A program made the translations under genes and the position numbers. Source: Candidatus Parcubacteria bacterium (GTDB taxonomy: Bacteria; Patescibacteriota; Patescibacteriia; Patescibacteriales; UBA12075). From it: a stretch of 64,000 bases of DNA. A model generated the notes under the pieces. The model made no database searches. It was not told the origin of the DNA and saw nothing but the letters and a program-made list of their open reading frames with translations. Location of the stretch: the NCBI GenBank assembly GCA_023142915.1, contig JAGLIO010000001.1:126-64125 (forward strand), in the 5' to 3' direction. Below are positions 46,903 through 55,349 of this stretch, in pieces. The number at the start of each line of letters is the position of its first letter. Within the stretch, counting starts at the first letter, position 1.

Positions 46903-48276
46903 TTACTTACCATCCCCAATCCTCTTAGTCCCGACTGAATACCAGTCAATTTTGCGGGATATATACATGATTGCCGCCAGCACGAAGAATAGTCCAACGC
47001 TGCCAAATAAGAGAGCATAATCTTCCAGTTGGATAATGGTGTAAATAAAAATATAAATCGCAATTAGTATTCCGCTCTGAACAAGCGTAAGACGCGTATT
47101 TTTAAATATTGTTTTTGTGTACAGGGTTATCATTAACACGGTACTTACGGAAGATATTAAATAAGCCAGATTAAAATTCAAATGCTCGGTAATGGATATG
47201 AGCAATGAGAAAAACAGCACCAAAGACAGACCGACCAAAATATATTGAATAGGATGAATTTGAATCCTGTTAAGAACTTCAACAAAAAAGAATGCTATGA
47301 ATGTTAAAGCGATAAACATAATCGCGTATTTAACCGCGCGCGTATTCTTTTGATATTCATCCACTACAACAACCATGCGGGCGCCAAATGAATAATTATG
47401 AATATTTTGTTTAGGATTCCCGTCCCAAACCTGCGGATAATCCCGATTCAACTCCAGCACCTTCCACTTAGCCTCAAATCCCGTGTCAGTAATATTTCTT
47501 TCGTCAGGCAGAAACGAACCGTCAAAACTTGGCGACGGCCAGTCTGACACTAGACTAACATTTGTTTCTCTGCCAAGGGGTAAAAACGCAATGCTATCGC
47601 TGCCGTTTACATCAATATCAAACGAAAAATTATAAGTCTTGCCTTTCTCATTCGCGCTAACAGGCGCTGGAACGTTTAAACCTGAACCTTTAAGCGCTAA
47701 TCCGATTTCATCAGTTTTATAGCCCGGCTTAAAATCGTATTTCTCTCCGTTCCAATCAAATTCCGAGTTTCCCTGCAAAGCTTTTACATCAGACAAACTA
47801 AATGAAACATGTGCTTCCTTCCAGTTAATTACCGCGTTTTCGTCCGGCATATTTGATGCGGAAAAATCAGGGAAAATAAATTCACCGTCAACTTCAATCT
47901 TTGAATTATAAACCGTAATTTCATAAATTCCGCGCTTAAGAAGATCCGTAGATATATCGCCGTTAAAATTCAATTTCTCAGGCAAAAAACTGATGTAAGA
48001 AGTATTAACAACTTCTTGTGCTTTTGTTTCGCCATCCTTGGTTTTAGTTACAATCTCATCGGTAATCGTATAAGGGATAGTCAATACGGGACCGGCGATT
48101 ACTTGCTTATTTCCCCATTTATTATTCACTTCCATGGTCGCCTTGCTTTCTCTCATGGATCGCTCATTAATCAAATTCTTTATCATACCGGTAGGAATCA
48201 ACAAAAGCATAGCCAATACGCCTATTGCAAACATCTTTATTAAAATAGAGCTGCGAACAGAATTTTTTAAAGCCAT
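46903..48276 (-). CDS. creD: CreD-family inner-membrane protein
   Basis: 457 aa. N-terminal LINERSMRESKATMEVNNKWGNKQVIAGPVLTIPY matches the conserved CreD N-terminal block. Large periplasmic domain, then a C-terminal TM bundle. Confidence 0.65.
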   Translation of the reverse strand: MALKNSVRSSILIKMFAIGVLAMLLLIPTGMIKNLINERSMRESKATMEVNNKWGNKQVIAGPVLTIPYTITDEIVTKTKDGETKAQEVVNTSYISFLPEKLNFNGDISTDLLKRGIYEITVYNSKIEVDGEFIFPDFSASNMPDENAVINWKEAHVSFSLSDVKALQGNSEFDWNGEKYDFKPGYKTDEIGLALKGSGLNVPAPVSANEKGKTYNFSFDIDVNGSDSIAFLPLGRETNVSLVSDWPSPSFDGSFLPDERNITDTGFEAKWKVLELNRDYPQVWDGNPKQNIHNYSFGARMVVVVDEYQKNTRAVKYAIMFIALTFIAFFFVEVLNRIQIHPIQYILVGLSLVLFFSLLISITEHLNFNLAYLISSVSTVLMITLYTKTIFKNTRLTLVQSGILIAIYIFIYTIIQLEDYALLFGSVGLFFVLAAIMYISRKIDWYSVGTKRIGDGK

Positions 48277-48434
48277 ATTTTTATTTTGCCCCGAATCTGC
48301 GTTTGGCTTTGGCGAATACGGTGGCTATGAATTAATATTCAGTTAATTGATTTATTTTAATTTCTTATTCTTAAAATATAGCATTTTAAAAAAACTATTT
48401 CAATAGCCCGCGCCTACAATAGTTAAATAAAAAA

Positions 48435-48454
48435 AGCTGGAATATATCCCAGCT
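48435..48454 (-). terminator. hairpin terminator downstream of the subtilisin gene (agctgg-N8-ccagct)
   Basis: 6-bp stem with A/T runs on both sides. Confidence 0.45.
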
Positions 48455-48552
48455 TTTTGAATTTTTATTTTATTTTTTACAACTTTATATTTTGAATTCC
48501 ACGATGCGGTAACAGATTTATAGCTCGTTCCCGCGATAAAAATTTTAGCTTG

Positions 48553-49779
48553 CTAGTTTATTGGCAATCCAAATCCAGCTTCAATATCATCTCCTGTCTG
48601 TCCATAATCCAATGTATTATTTGTATAATATTTCGCTAAATCTTGTAAGTATGCTCTTGTGTCAACTGCGGTGCCTTGCCAGTCTCTTGCCGCAATACCT
48701 GCTATATGCGGTGTTGCCATGGATGTTCCTGAAATTGAATAATAACAACCATTATTCCATGTTGATTCCACGGCTACACCTGGCGCTGCGAATTCTATTT
48801 CTCTTTCTTGTACTGTCCAATCGCCATCATTCATTCCCCTTGATGAGAAATCAGCTATCCGATCTAATGAATTGAACGCTGCTATGGCTACAACTTCCGC
48901 ATATGCTGCCGGATATATTATTGAATTTGATGCGGGACCGCTATTGCCTGCGGCCGCTATTACTAACACTCCTGAATTTACTGCTCCATCTATAGCTGAT
49001 TTCATTATACTGTCTGGCAAAGCGCCCCCCAAACTCATAGATATAATGTTTGCGCCATCAGATACCGCCTGATCAATTGCGGCGGCGATATCATCTGAAT
49101 AACCTCTGCCATTATCTTTTAAAACTTTATACGCCATTAATTTTGCTTCTGGCGCTACGCCAAGTATGCCAAGTCCATCAATTCCGCCATCTGCCAAAAT
49201 TGTTCCTGCTACATGAGTGCCATGTCCATTACCGTCATTGCAAGCATTATTGGCCACTCTTGGATATCTTGTAAAGTCCATACAAATCGCCATCCTTTCG
49301 GTTAAATCCAAATGATCCTTATAAACCCCTGTATCTAAAACTGCTACTTTAATATCAGCACCCCCAGAACCGCCGTTTACTTTTATTATTCCCCATGGAG
49401 TTTGCCCTTCAGGAGTACACCTTTCAGGGGGAGCTGTAGGTTCTTCTTCGCTATTTTTACAATCCAAACAGCTAGGATTTTCTCCTTCTTCACATGTTCC
49501 GTCATAATCGCAAACTGGTCTGCCTGTAATTTCATAAATTTGCACTGGCTCAGTTTTAATAAGGCCTAATTTTTCTAATACTTTTACCCTACTGGATGCC
49601 TGAGTGGAAAAAGCGCCTGGAAACTCATGATTTACTCCCAACATTGTCTTAATGACAGAGTTGTCCGTTAAAGCATAGACTCTCTGACCTGTTTGGCTAT
49701 CTGTTGCGGCTAACGCTATCCCTGAAATAGCTAAAACGCCTACAACTAATAATCCTAAAATAATTTTTGTCTTTTTCAT
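48553..49779 (-). CDS. secreted subtilisin-like serine peptidase (S8 family)
   Basis: Signal peptide. Catalytic triad blocks VAVLDTGV (Asp), GHGTHVAGT (His), GTSMATPHIAGIAA (Ser). Confidence 0.9.
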   Translation of the reverse strand: MKKTKIILGLLVVGVLAISGIALAATDSQTGQRVYALTDNSVIKTMLGVNHEFPGAFSTQASSRVKVLEKLGLIKTEPVQIYEITGRPVCDYDGTCEEGENPSCLDCKNSEEEPTAPPERCTPEGQTPWGIIKVNGGSGGADIKVAVLDTGVYKDHLDLTERMAICMDFTRYPRVANNACNDGNGHGTHVAGTILADGGIDGLGILGVAPEAKLMAYKVLKDNGRGYSDDIAAAIDQAVSDGANIISMSLGGALPDSIMKSAIDGAVNSGVLVIAAAGNSGPASNSIIYPAAYAEVVAIAAFNSLDRIADFSSRGMNDGDWTVQEREIEFAAPGVAVESTWNNGCYYSISGTSMATPHIAGIAARDWQGTAVDTRAYLQDLAKYYTNNTLDYGQTGDDIEAGFGLPIN

Positions 49780-49831
49780 AAATTTTATTATTTAGTAAAT
49801 TATTATATAAATTTTAATAAGCCAAAAAGGA

Positions 49832-50809
49832 TTAAGGCAGCCAATCATTTTCAAAATTATCATTAGTTACGGGGGTTTGAAAATTAATTACATTAGCTGT
49901 GCCAATCGCGTGATCATAGGCTTGCTCCAATGTAATTAATAATCTTGATTCTGATTCAGTACCATAATCAAAACTTGCCTCTCCTTGCAAAATTCCTTCA
50001 TTTACAAAATAATGGCTGAATAAGCCTTCCGGCTGTTTAACTCCGTCAATATCATAAACATGCGCGCTTTCAGCTTCCAAAGCTGACATAATTAAAAGCC
50101 TTCCATCCGCCGCCAAATCATTCATTCCGCCTGCTCGACAAGTGTCAAAAATAAAAGCGATTCTTGCGGTCGCGTATCCGCTAAACCATTCCTTTAATTC
50201 TCCATCCCAGATATACTGCAATCTTTTCCCGTTATGAACAAGCAAGGCCTCGTCTATTGTTTCACTGTCATTATCATCTGCCACGCCGCTTACGCCGTGT
50301 CCGCTATAAAAAAACACTACTTCATCGTTAGCAGAGATGGCTTTATTTTTTATATCATTAATAGCCGCGTATATATTATCTCTTGTTGCATTCAAATCTT
50401 GAAAAGAATAAATTTCATCAAATTCATATACATCTTGTAATGCTTCAGACATATTCATTCCGTCCTCATCCGCAACGCAAATATCCCACCTTCTTCCCGG
50501 ATAATTGCAAATACCAATCACTATCGCGTATTTTCTTCCTATAACTTCATCGCCTAAAATTCCAGTAGCTGTCATTTCCGCGCTTACTTCTTCATATGCT
50601 TCGTCTTCATCAGCCGGAGGAGTAAAAGCAGGCTTACCCATAATATCAATTTGATCTAATGGCGCTTTAAGTTTTTTGTGAATTTTTATGTCTCTAGCTT
50701 CAAGCTGTTTGGGCGCTTTTTTATCTCCATTTTTTGCAACTATTGCTGTCGGCGCAACCATCAATAACAGAGCAAAAATTAATAGCGCGAAAGCTATACT
50801 TTTTCTCAT
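49832..50809 (-). CDS. secreted caspase-like cysteine peptidase (C14/clan CD-like)
   Basis: Signal peptide. YAIVIGICNY...VVFFYSGHGV (His-Gly dyad) and FIFDTCRAGG (catalytic Cys in a caspase-like QACRG-type context). Confidence 0.55.
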   Translation of the reverse strand: MRKSIAFALLIFALLLMVAPTAIVAKNGDKKAPKQLEARDIKIHKKLKAPLDQIDIMGKPAFTPPADEDEAYEEVSAEMTATGILGDEVIGRKYAIVIGICNYPGRRWDICVADEDGMNMSEALQDVYEFDEIYSFQDLNATRDNIYAAINDIKNKAISANDEVVFFYSGHGVSGVADDNDSETIDEALLVHNGKRLQYIWDGELKEWFSGYATARIAFIFDTCRAGGMNDLAADGRLLIMSALEAESAHVYDIDGVKQPEGLFSHYFVNEGILQGEASFDYGTESESRLLITLEQAYDHAIGTANVINFQTPVTNDNFENDWLP

Positions 50810-50874
50810 AATTCATTAATAATCAATGCTTTATCTTCAATGATTATTGGTTAATAATTAATATAACTAAATTC

Positions 50875-51486
50875 TTAAAATTTCACTTTAACATTATCTC
50901 TTTCTTTTTTGTCATTTATTTCAAAATAATCCCTGGATTTGAAGCCAAGCATATTGCCGATTACATTGGTTGGAAAAATTTCAAGTTTTATATTAAAATC
51001 TCGGACATTGCCATTGTAAAATCTTCTTGACGCCTGAATTTTATTTTCCGTATCAGAAAGCTCGCGCTGCAATTCCAAAAAATTAGCATTGGCTTTTAAA
51101 TCAGGATAATTTTCGCTTAAAGCAAAAATTGATTTTAAAGTTGAGCTAAGCATGTTCTCAGCTTGCGCCTGAGCCTTTGCGTCTCCAGACTTTTGAGCGG
51201 CCATCGCGCTGGTTCTTGCTTTAGTTACTTTTTCAAAAGTTTCCTTTTCATGGCTCGCGTAGCCCTTTACTGTTTCAATTAAATTCGGAATCAAATCATA
51301 ACGGCGTTTTAACTGCACGTCAATATCGCTCCAGGCTTCATCAACCCGATTTTTTAAGCGAATCAGGCTATTATACATGCCAATAACGATTATCGCCAAA
51401 GCGCCAATCACTACTAACACAACTATTAATACTGTTGACATATTTTTTTCTAAACACGCATCACGCCGTCTTAACGCGAATAACAC
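50875..51486 (-). CDS. lemA: LemA-family protein
   Basis: N-terminal TM then YNSLIRLKNRVDEAWSDIDVQLKRRYDLIPNLIETVKGYASHEKETFEKVTKAR, the canonical LemA block. Confidence 0.85.
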   Translation of the reverse strand: MLFALRRRDACLEKNMSTVLIVVLVVIGALAIIVIGMYNSLIRLKNRVDEAWSDIDVQLKRRYDLIPNLIETVKGYASHEKETFEKVTKARTSAMAAQKSGDAKAQAQAENMLSSTLKSIFALSENYPDLKANANFLELQRELSDTENKIQASRRFYNGNVRDFNIKLEIFPTNVIGNMLGFKSRDYFEINDKKERDNVKVKF

Positions 51487-51519
51487 GCATTATAAATTAT
51501 TTTAATTAAAAATCAATTA

Positions 51520-52707
51520 TTAATCCGTAAGCCTGATTGCTTCTTCAATGCTGATATTTCCGCTATAAACATTTTGAAGCGCGGCCTGTCTTAATGTGGT
51601 CATCCCTTCTTTTATAGCCAAATTATTAATATGGTCATCGGACGGGCGCTGTAAAATCAATTCCTGAACCGGCTTGGTAACCAGCAATACTTCATGTATC
51701 CCCTGTCTGCCTTTCATGCCTTTGCCGCCGCACTTATCACAGCCCTCTGAATGATAAAATTTAATTCCTTGCGGAACGCCAAGCGTATCAATCAATTCCT
51801 TGAATGGACGATATTCTTTTTTACAATGCGGACAATTTGTTCTTGCCAGTCTTTGCGCTGAAACAAATTTTAACGCTGAAGACAGCAAAAACGGCTCAAT
51901 CCCCATATTGATTAAGCGAACAATTGCTCCGGCGGCATTATTAGTATGAATTGTCGCCAAAACCAAATGTCCGGTTACGGCGGCCTGCACGGCTATATTC
52001 GCTGTTTCTTTATCGCGAATCTCTCCTACCATTAAAACATCCGGGTCTTGCCTTAACAAATATTTTAAGCCATCAGCAAAAGTCAATCCTATGCTTGGGT
52101 TAATATTAGTCTGCCTAACCATATCTATTTTTCTTTCAACAGGATCTTCCAGGGTAACCAAACTTTTTTCAGGAACATTAAGTTTGCTTAATACTGTAAA
52201 AAGCGTTGTTGATTTTCCGCTGCCGTTAGGACCTGTAACCAAGATTAACCCGTATGGCTTTTTGGTAACTTTTTCCAGCGCGTCTGCTTGCTCCGCGTTA
52301 AACCCCAAATCATTATATTCTTTAAAAAACTTTTTACTCTCCAAAATACGCACAACTACGGTTTCTCCCTGGCTGGTTGGAAAAATGGATACGCGCAAAT
52401 CAACAAAACTTTCATTGAATTTAAATTTAATATTTCCTTCCTGAGGACGCGGCAAGCCGGTCGTTTCCATGTCCGCTAAAATTTTGATGCGCGCGAACAT
52501 AAATTCACTTAAATTTTTATCGCCTTCAAACACTGTCCTTAAAATCCCGTCAATGCGATAGCGAGCTATAATTCCATCTTTAAACGGCTGAATGTGAATA
52601 TCGCTTGCCCCTTCTTCCACTCCTTGGCGAAAAATATCATTTACCAATTTAATGATATCCACCTTATTTTCTTTTTTTTCTTTATTTTTTGAATTTGAAA
52701 AAGCCAT
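51520..52707 (-). CDS. type IV pilus/type II secretion assembly ATPase (PilB/GspE family, short form)
   Basis: Walker A LILVTGPNGSGKSTTLF, Asp/His boxes, and the tetracysteine motif CPHC...CDKCGG typical of PilB/GspE. 395 aa, lacking the N1 domain. Confidence 0.85.
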   Translation of the reverse strand: MAFSNSKNKEKKENKVDIIKLVNDIFRQGVEEGASDIHIQPFKDGIIARYRIDGILRTVFEGDKNLSEFMFARIKILADMETTGLPRPQEGNIKFKFNESFVDLRVSIFPTSQGETVVVRILESKKFFKEYNDLGFNAEQADALEKVTKKPYGLILVTGPNGSGKSTTLFTVLSKLNVPEKSLVTLEDPVERKIDMVRQTNINPSIGLTFADGLKYLLRQDPDVLMVGEIRDKETANIAVQAAVTGHLVLATIHTNNAAGAIVRLINMGIEPFLLSSALKFVSAQRLARTNCPHCKKEYRPFKELIDTLGVPQGIKFYHSEGCDKCGGKGMKGRQGIHEVLLVTKPVQELILQRPSDDHINNLAIKEGMTTLRQAALQNVYSGNISIEEAIRLTD

Positions 52708-52711
52708 AGTT

Positions 52712-53740
52712 TCAAGTTATTTTTTTAATAATTATATCAACTTCCCTCCCTCTGGCCTTAAGCGCGTATATTCCTGTTAATTCTCCTGCGATTTTTATAA
52801 TATCGCTTAAACTACCGCAAAAATCTAAATTTATTTTCGCCAAATTAAGCTTATCAGGAATGCTTATTTTTAAATTTTGAAAATCCGGCTTGCCTAAATT
52901 TCCTTTTAATCTTATTAATGTTACAGGCCCGTTAATCTCTTTTAATTCTACCATAAAATCACCTTTCTTGGCTAGTCTTTTTAAGGCTTCATTATCATCT
53001 TTATTTCTACCGACAATAATTAAAATTTTCTTGTTTTCTTTTTTACTTGATAAATGATTAGCCCAAAATACTCGTCCATATTTTAAAAGCTCAACATCGT
53101 TGTAATCGCATTCAGGCCAATACTCAAGCATTTTTCCCAATCTTTCGCTAAAACTAGAATCAGTCAAAAGACATCCGCCGGAGGGCATCGGATAGTCTTT
53201 TAATTTATACTTGCGCGCCAGCTCAATTTGCGCTTCCCTGGTTCTGCCTTGAATTCTTCCCAAAAGCCCTCTGATTAATATTTTATTTTTTTCAATTTCT
53301 GTTTCATCCAATAATTTCGCGGATAAAGGCCGCAACACTTCCACTCCTGACAAGTCTTTTACTTTTTCCAAAGCTTTTTTATTTTGTGAAAAAGGGCGCT
53401 GCCCCAAAACCTCGCCGGTAGCCACAAAATCAAAACCCTTGTCTTTAGCGATTGCGCCGGCTTTCTTTATCATCAGCGAATGGCAATCAATGCAAGGATT
53501 TAAATTTTTCCCATATCCAGAAAAGGGATTTTTCACCAAAGCCAGCATTTCTTCTTGGATGTCAATTACTTTTAAATCTATATCCAATTTTTTAGCGCTT
53601 TCTTTTGCTTTTTTAGCGTCATAAAAATTACTTTCAAAACAAACAGCTGTTACCGCTATTTTTTGAGCCTGCAGCATTTTAACGGCTAGAATTGAATCTA
53701 GTCCGCCTGAAAATAAAACCATGGCTTTTGTTTTTGGCAT
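52712..53740 (-). CDS. PP-loop ATP pyrophosphatase, ThiI-like tRNA sulfurtransferase domain protein (no THUMP domain)
   Basis: PP-loop LFSGGLDS near the N-terminus, a ThiI-like ATGEVLGQRPFSQ block, and a Cys-containing C-terminal extension. 342 aa. Confidence 0.55.
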   Translation of the reverse strand: MPKTKAMVLFSGGLDSILAVKMLQAQKIAVTAVCFESNFYDAKKAKESAKKLDIDLKVIDIQEEMLALVKNPFSGYGKNLNPCIDCHSLMIKKAGAIAKDKGFDFVATGEVLGQRPFSQNKKALEKVKDLSGVEVLRPLSAKLLDETEIEKNKILIRGLLGRIQGRTREAQIELARKYKLKDYPMPSGGCLLTDSSFSERLGKMLEYWPECDYNDVELLKYGRVFWANHLSSKKENKKILIIVGRNKDDNEALKRLAKKGDFMVELKEINGPVTLIRLKGNLGKPDFQNLKISIPDKLNLAKINLDFCGSLSDIIKIAGELTGIYALKARGREVDIIIKKIT

Positions 53741-53818
53741 AAAAAATTCTTTAATATTAGCAAAACTTGAAAAAAATCACTAGCATGCTATTATAAATAA
53801 TAGAAAAATCATCCAAAA

Positions 53819-53848
53819 CCCTGTTGTTCTTCGGAGCGCAGGGTTTTG
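53819..53848 (-). terminator. inverted repeat (aaaccctg-N14-cagggttt), probable terminator for the Schlafen-like gene
   Basis: 8-bp stem in the 190-bp intergenic region between two minus-strand genes. Confidence 0.4.
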
Positions 53849-53896
53849 TGATTAATTTTCTTGTAAAAAATAGCAAGCATGCAATTATTATGGCTC

Positions 53897-53929
53897 AAAT
53901 GTCCGATAAATGTCCGATAAATGTCCGAT
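53897..53929. repeat. 11-bp x3 perfect direct repeat (aaatgtccgat)
   Basis: Three identical tandem 11-mers beginning 5 bp past the stop codon of 53934..55349. Confidence 0.85.
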
Positions 53930-53933
53930 AAAT

Positions 53934-55349
53934 CTAAATCAATATATAATATCTACCTTTTTTTTCACCGACAGATCGAATAATACTTTTTTCTTCCATA
54001 TCTATTAAATCCCTATACGCTGTTTTTTCTGTTAAAGTTGTTTGAATGTTTCTATAATCTTTTAAAGTTATTTTTTTATGTTCCTTCAAAAATTGTATTG
54101 CTTTTTTTTGCCTCTCATTAAATTTTTCCACGTCTTCCTTTGAAATCCTGTATTTCCTAAATGTAATAACCAAACTGTCGGTGATATTTTCAAACAACGG
54201 CTCCGGCAAGCCATGCTTTAAACACTGTTCAATAATTCTATTCGTCCCCGTTCCCCATTCTTCTATAAATTTAATCAAAAAGAAACATTTGCCAATCAAA
54301 TGATTTCTTAGAACAGATTTATGTTTTTTCTTTAAATCTTTTATTGTCAGCGGCTTTGGCAAGGAACCGCAGCCCCACACCTCTACCCTGTCATCAAAAA
54401 TTCTAATTTGAATATGGCTGGATACTTCATAGTCTCTATGGCAAACAGCGTTAGTAATCGCTTCTCTAACAGCTTCAATCGGATATTCCCATTTTTCAAC
54501 TCTTTCAGTGTCAACAATTTTAGCATGAAGCTTAATATGTTCTTTGACAAATTCAACCGCGTCATTTCTTTGATTGATTATATTGCCTGAGAAAACTTTC
54601 ATATCAATAAATTCCAATGGTTCTATTCCCTTGAATTTAGCACACCTTGTTTCCGCTTGCAAAAAAAATTTTTGCGGATTTTTGCCAAATAGCAAAACTC
54701 CGGCATTAGTTAATTTCCCGTCTTTTATTAACTCTAATCTTTCCAACGCTTCCTTAATCGGAGTTTCCGGCTCAACATCAAAATTTCTTTCATACTTGGC
54801 TTTTCTTAAAAACCATTTTATCTTTTCTTCGTCAATATTATCTAAACTTGCTCCCGCGCAAATCTGATTATCCCATTTTATTTTGCCAATATCTTTTGCA
54901 AACGCAATAACTTCTTCCGGCGATAATGGCTTATTGTGGGATGAGATTCGCCTGTAGGCAATATTTTTAAAAGAGTGCAAATTGTCTGACTTCTTAACTT
55001 GGACAATAAAAATATTTTCGCCCTCAATTTCAGCAGATATAACTTCCGGATAAGTAGACGGTTTGCAACTATGCGCGATGTTGGCAATATCTCTTTCGTA
55101 CTTTTTGGGAACGCCGATAATTTTTCCGTTATCGCCAACCCCGACTAAAACAACTCCATTATTAGTATTGGCAAAAGAGCAAATTGATTTACCTAAACCA
55201 TCGTTTATTTTTGACTTAAATTCAACTTTTTGGCTTTCGCCTTCTTTTATTAAATTTTTTATTTTATTTTCATTCATAATTTTTTTATCGCTCTGAAATT
55301 TATTGAATTGATTATATTTTTTGTACGCATAAAAATAATATCCCGCCAT
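53934..55349 (-). CDS. Schlafen/AlbA_2-domain ATP-binding protein, paralog 2 (COG2865-like)
   Basis: EGESQKVEFKSKINDGLGKSICSFANTNNGVVLVGVGDNGKIIGV (AlbA_2) and a C-terminal wHTH. The longest ORF overlaps ileS by 38 bp; the true start is more likely Met25 at 55277 (MNENKIKNLIKEGE...). Confidence 0.7.
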   Translation of the reverse strand: MAGYYFYAYKKYNQFNKFQSDKKIMNENKIKNLIKEGESQKVEFKSKINDGLGKSICSFANTNNGVVLVGVGDNGKIIGVPKKYERDIANIAHSCKPSTYPEVISAEIEGENIFIVQVKKSDNLHSFKNIAYRRISSHNKPLSPEEVIAFAKDIGKIKWDNQICAGASLDNIDEEKIKWFLRKAKYERNFDVEPETPIKEALERLELIKDGKLTNAGVLLFGKNPQKFFLQAETRCAKFKGIEPLEFIDMKVFSGNIINQRNDAVEFVKEHIKLHAKIVDTERVEKWEYPIEAVREAITNAVCHRDYEVSSHIQIRIFDDRVEVWGCGSLPKPLTIKDLKKKHKSVLRNHLIGKCFFLIKFIEEWGTGTNRIIEQCLKHGLPEPLFENITDSLVITFRKYRISKEDVEKFNERQKKAIQFLKEHKKITLKDYRNIQTTLTEKTAYRDLIDMEEKSIIRSVGEKKGRYYILI

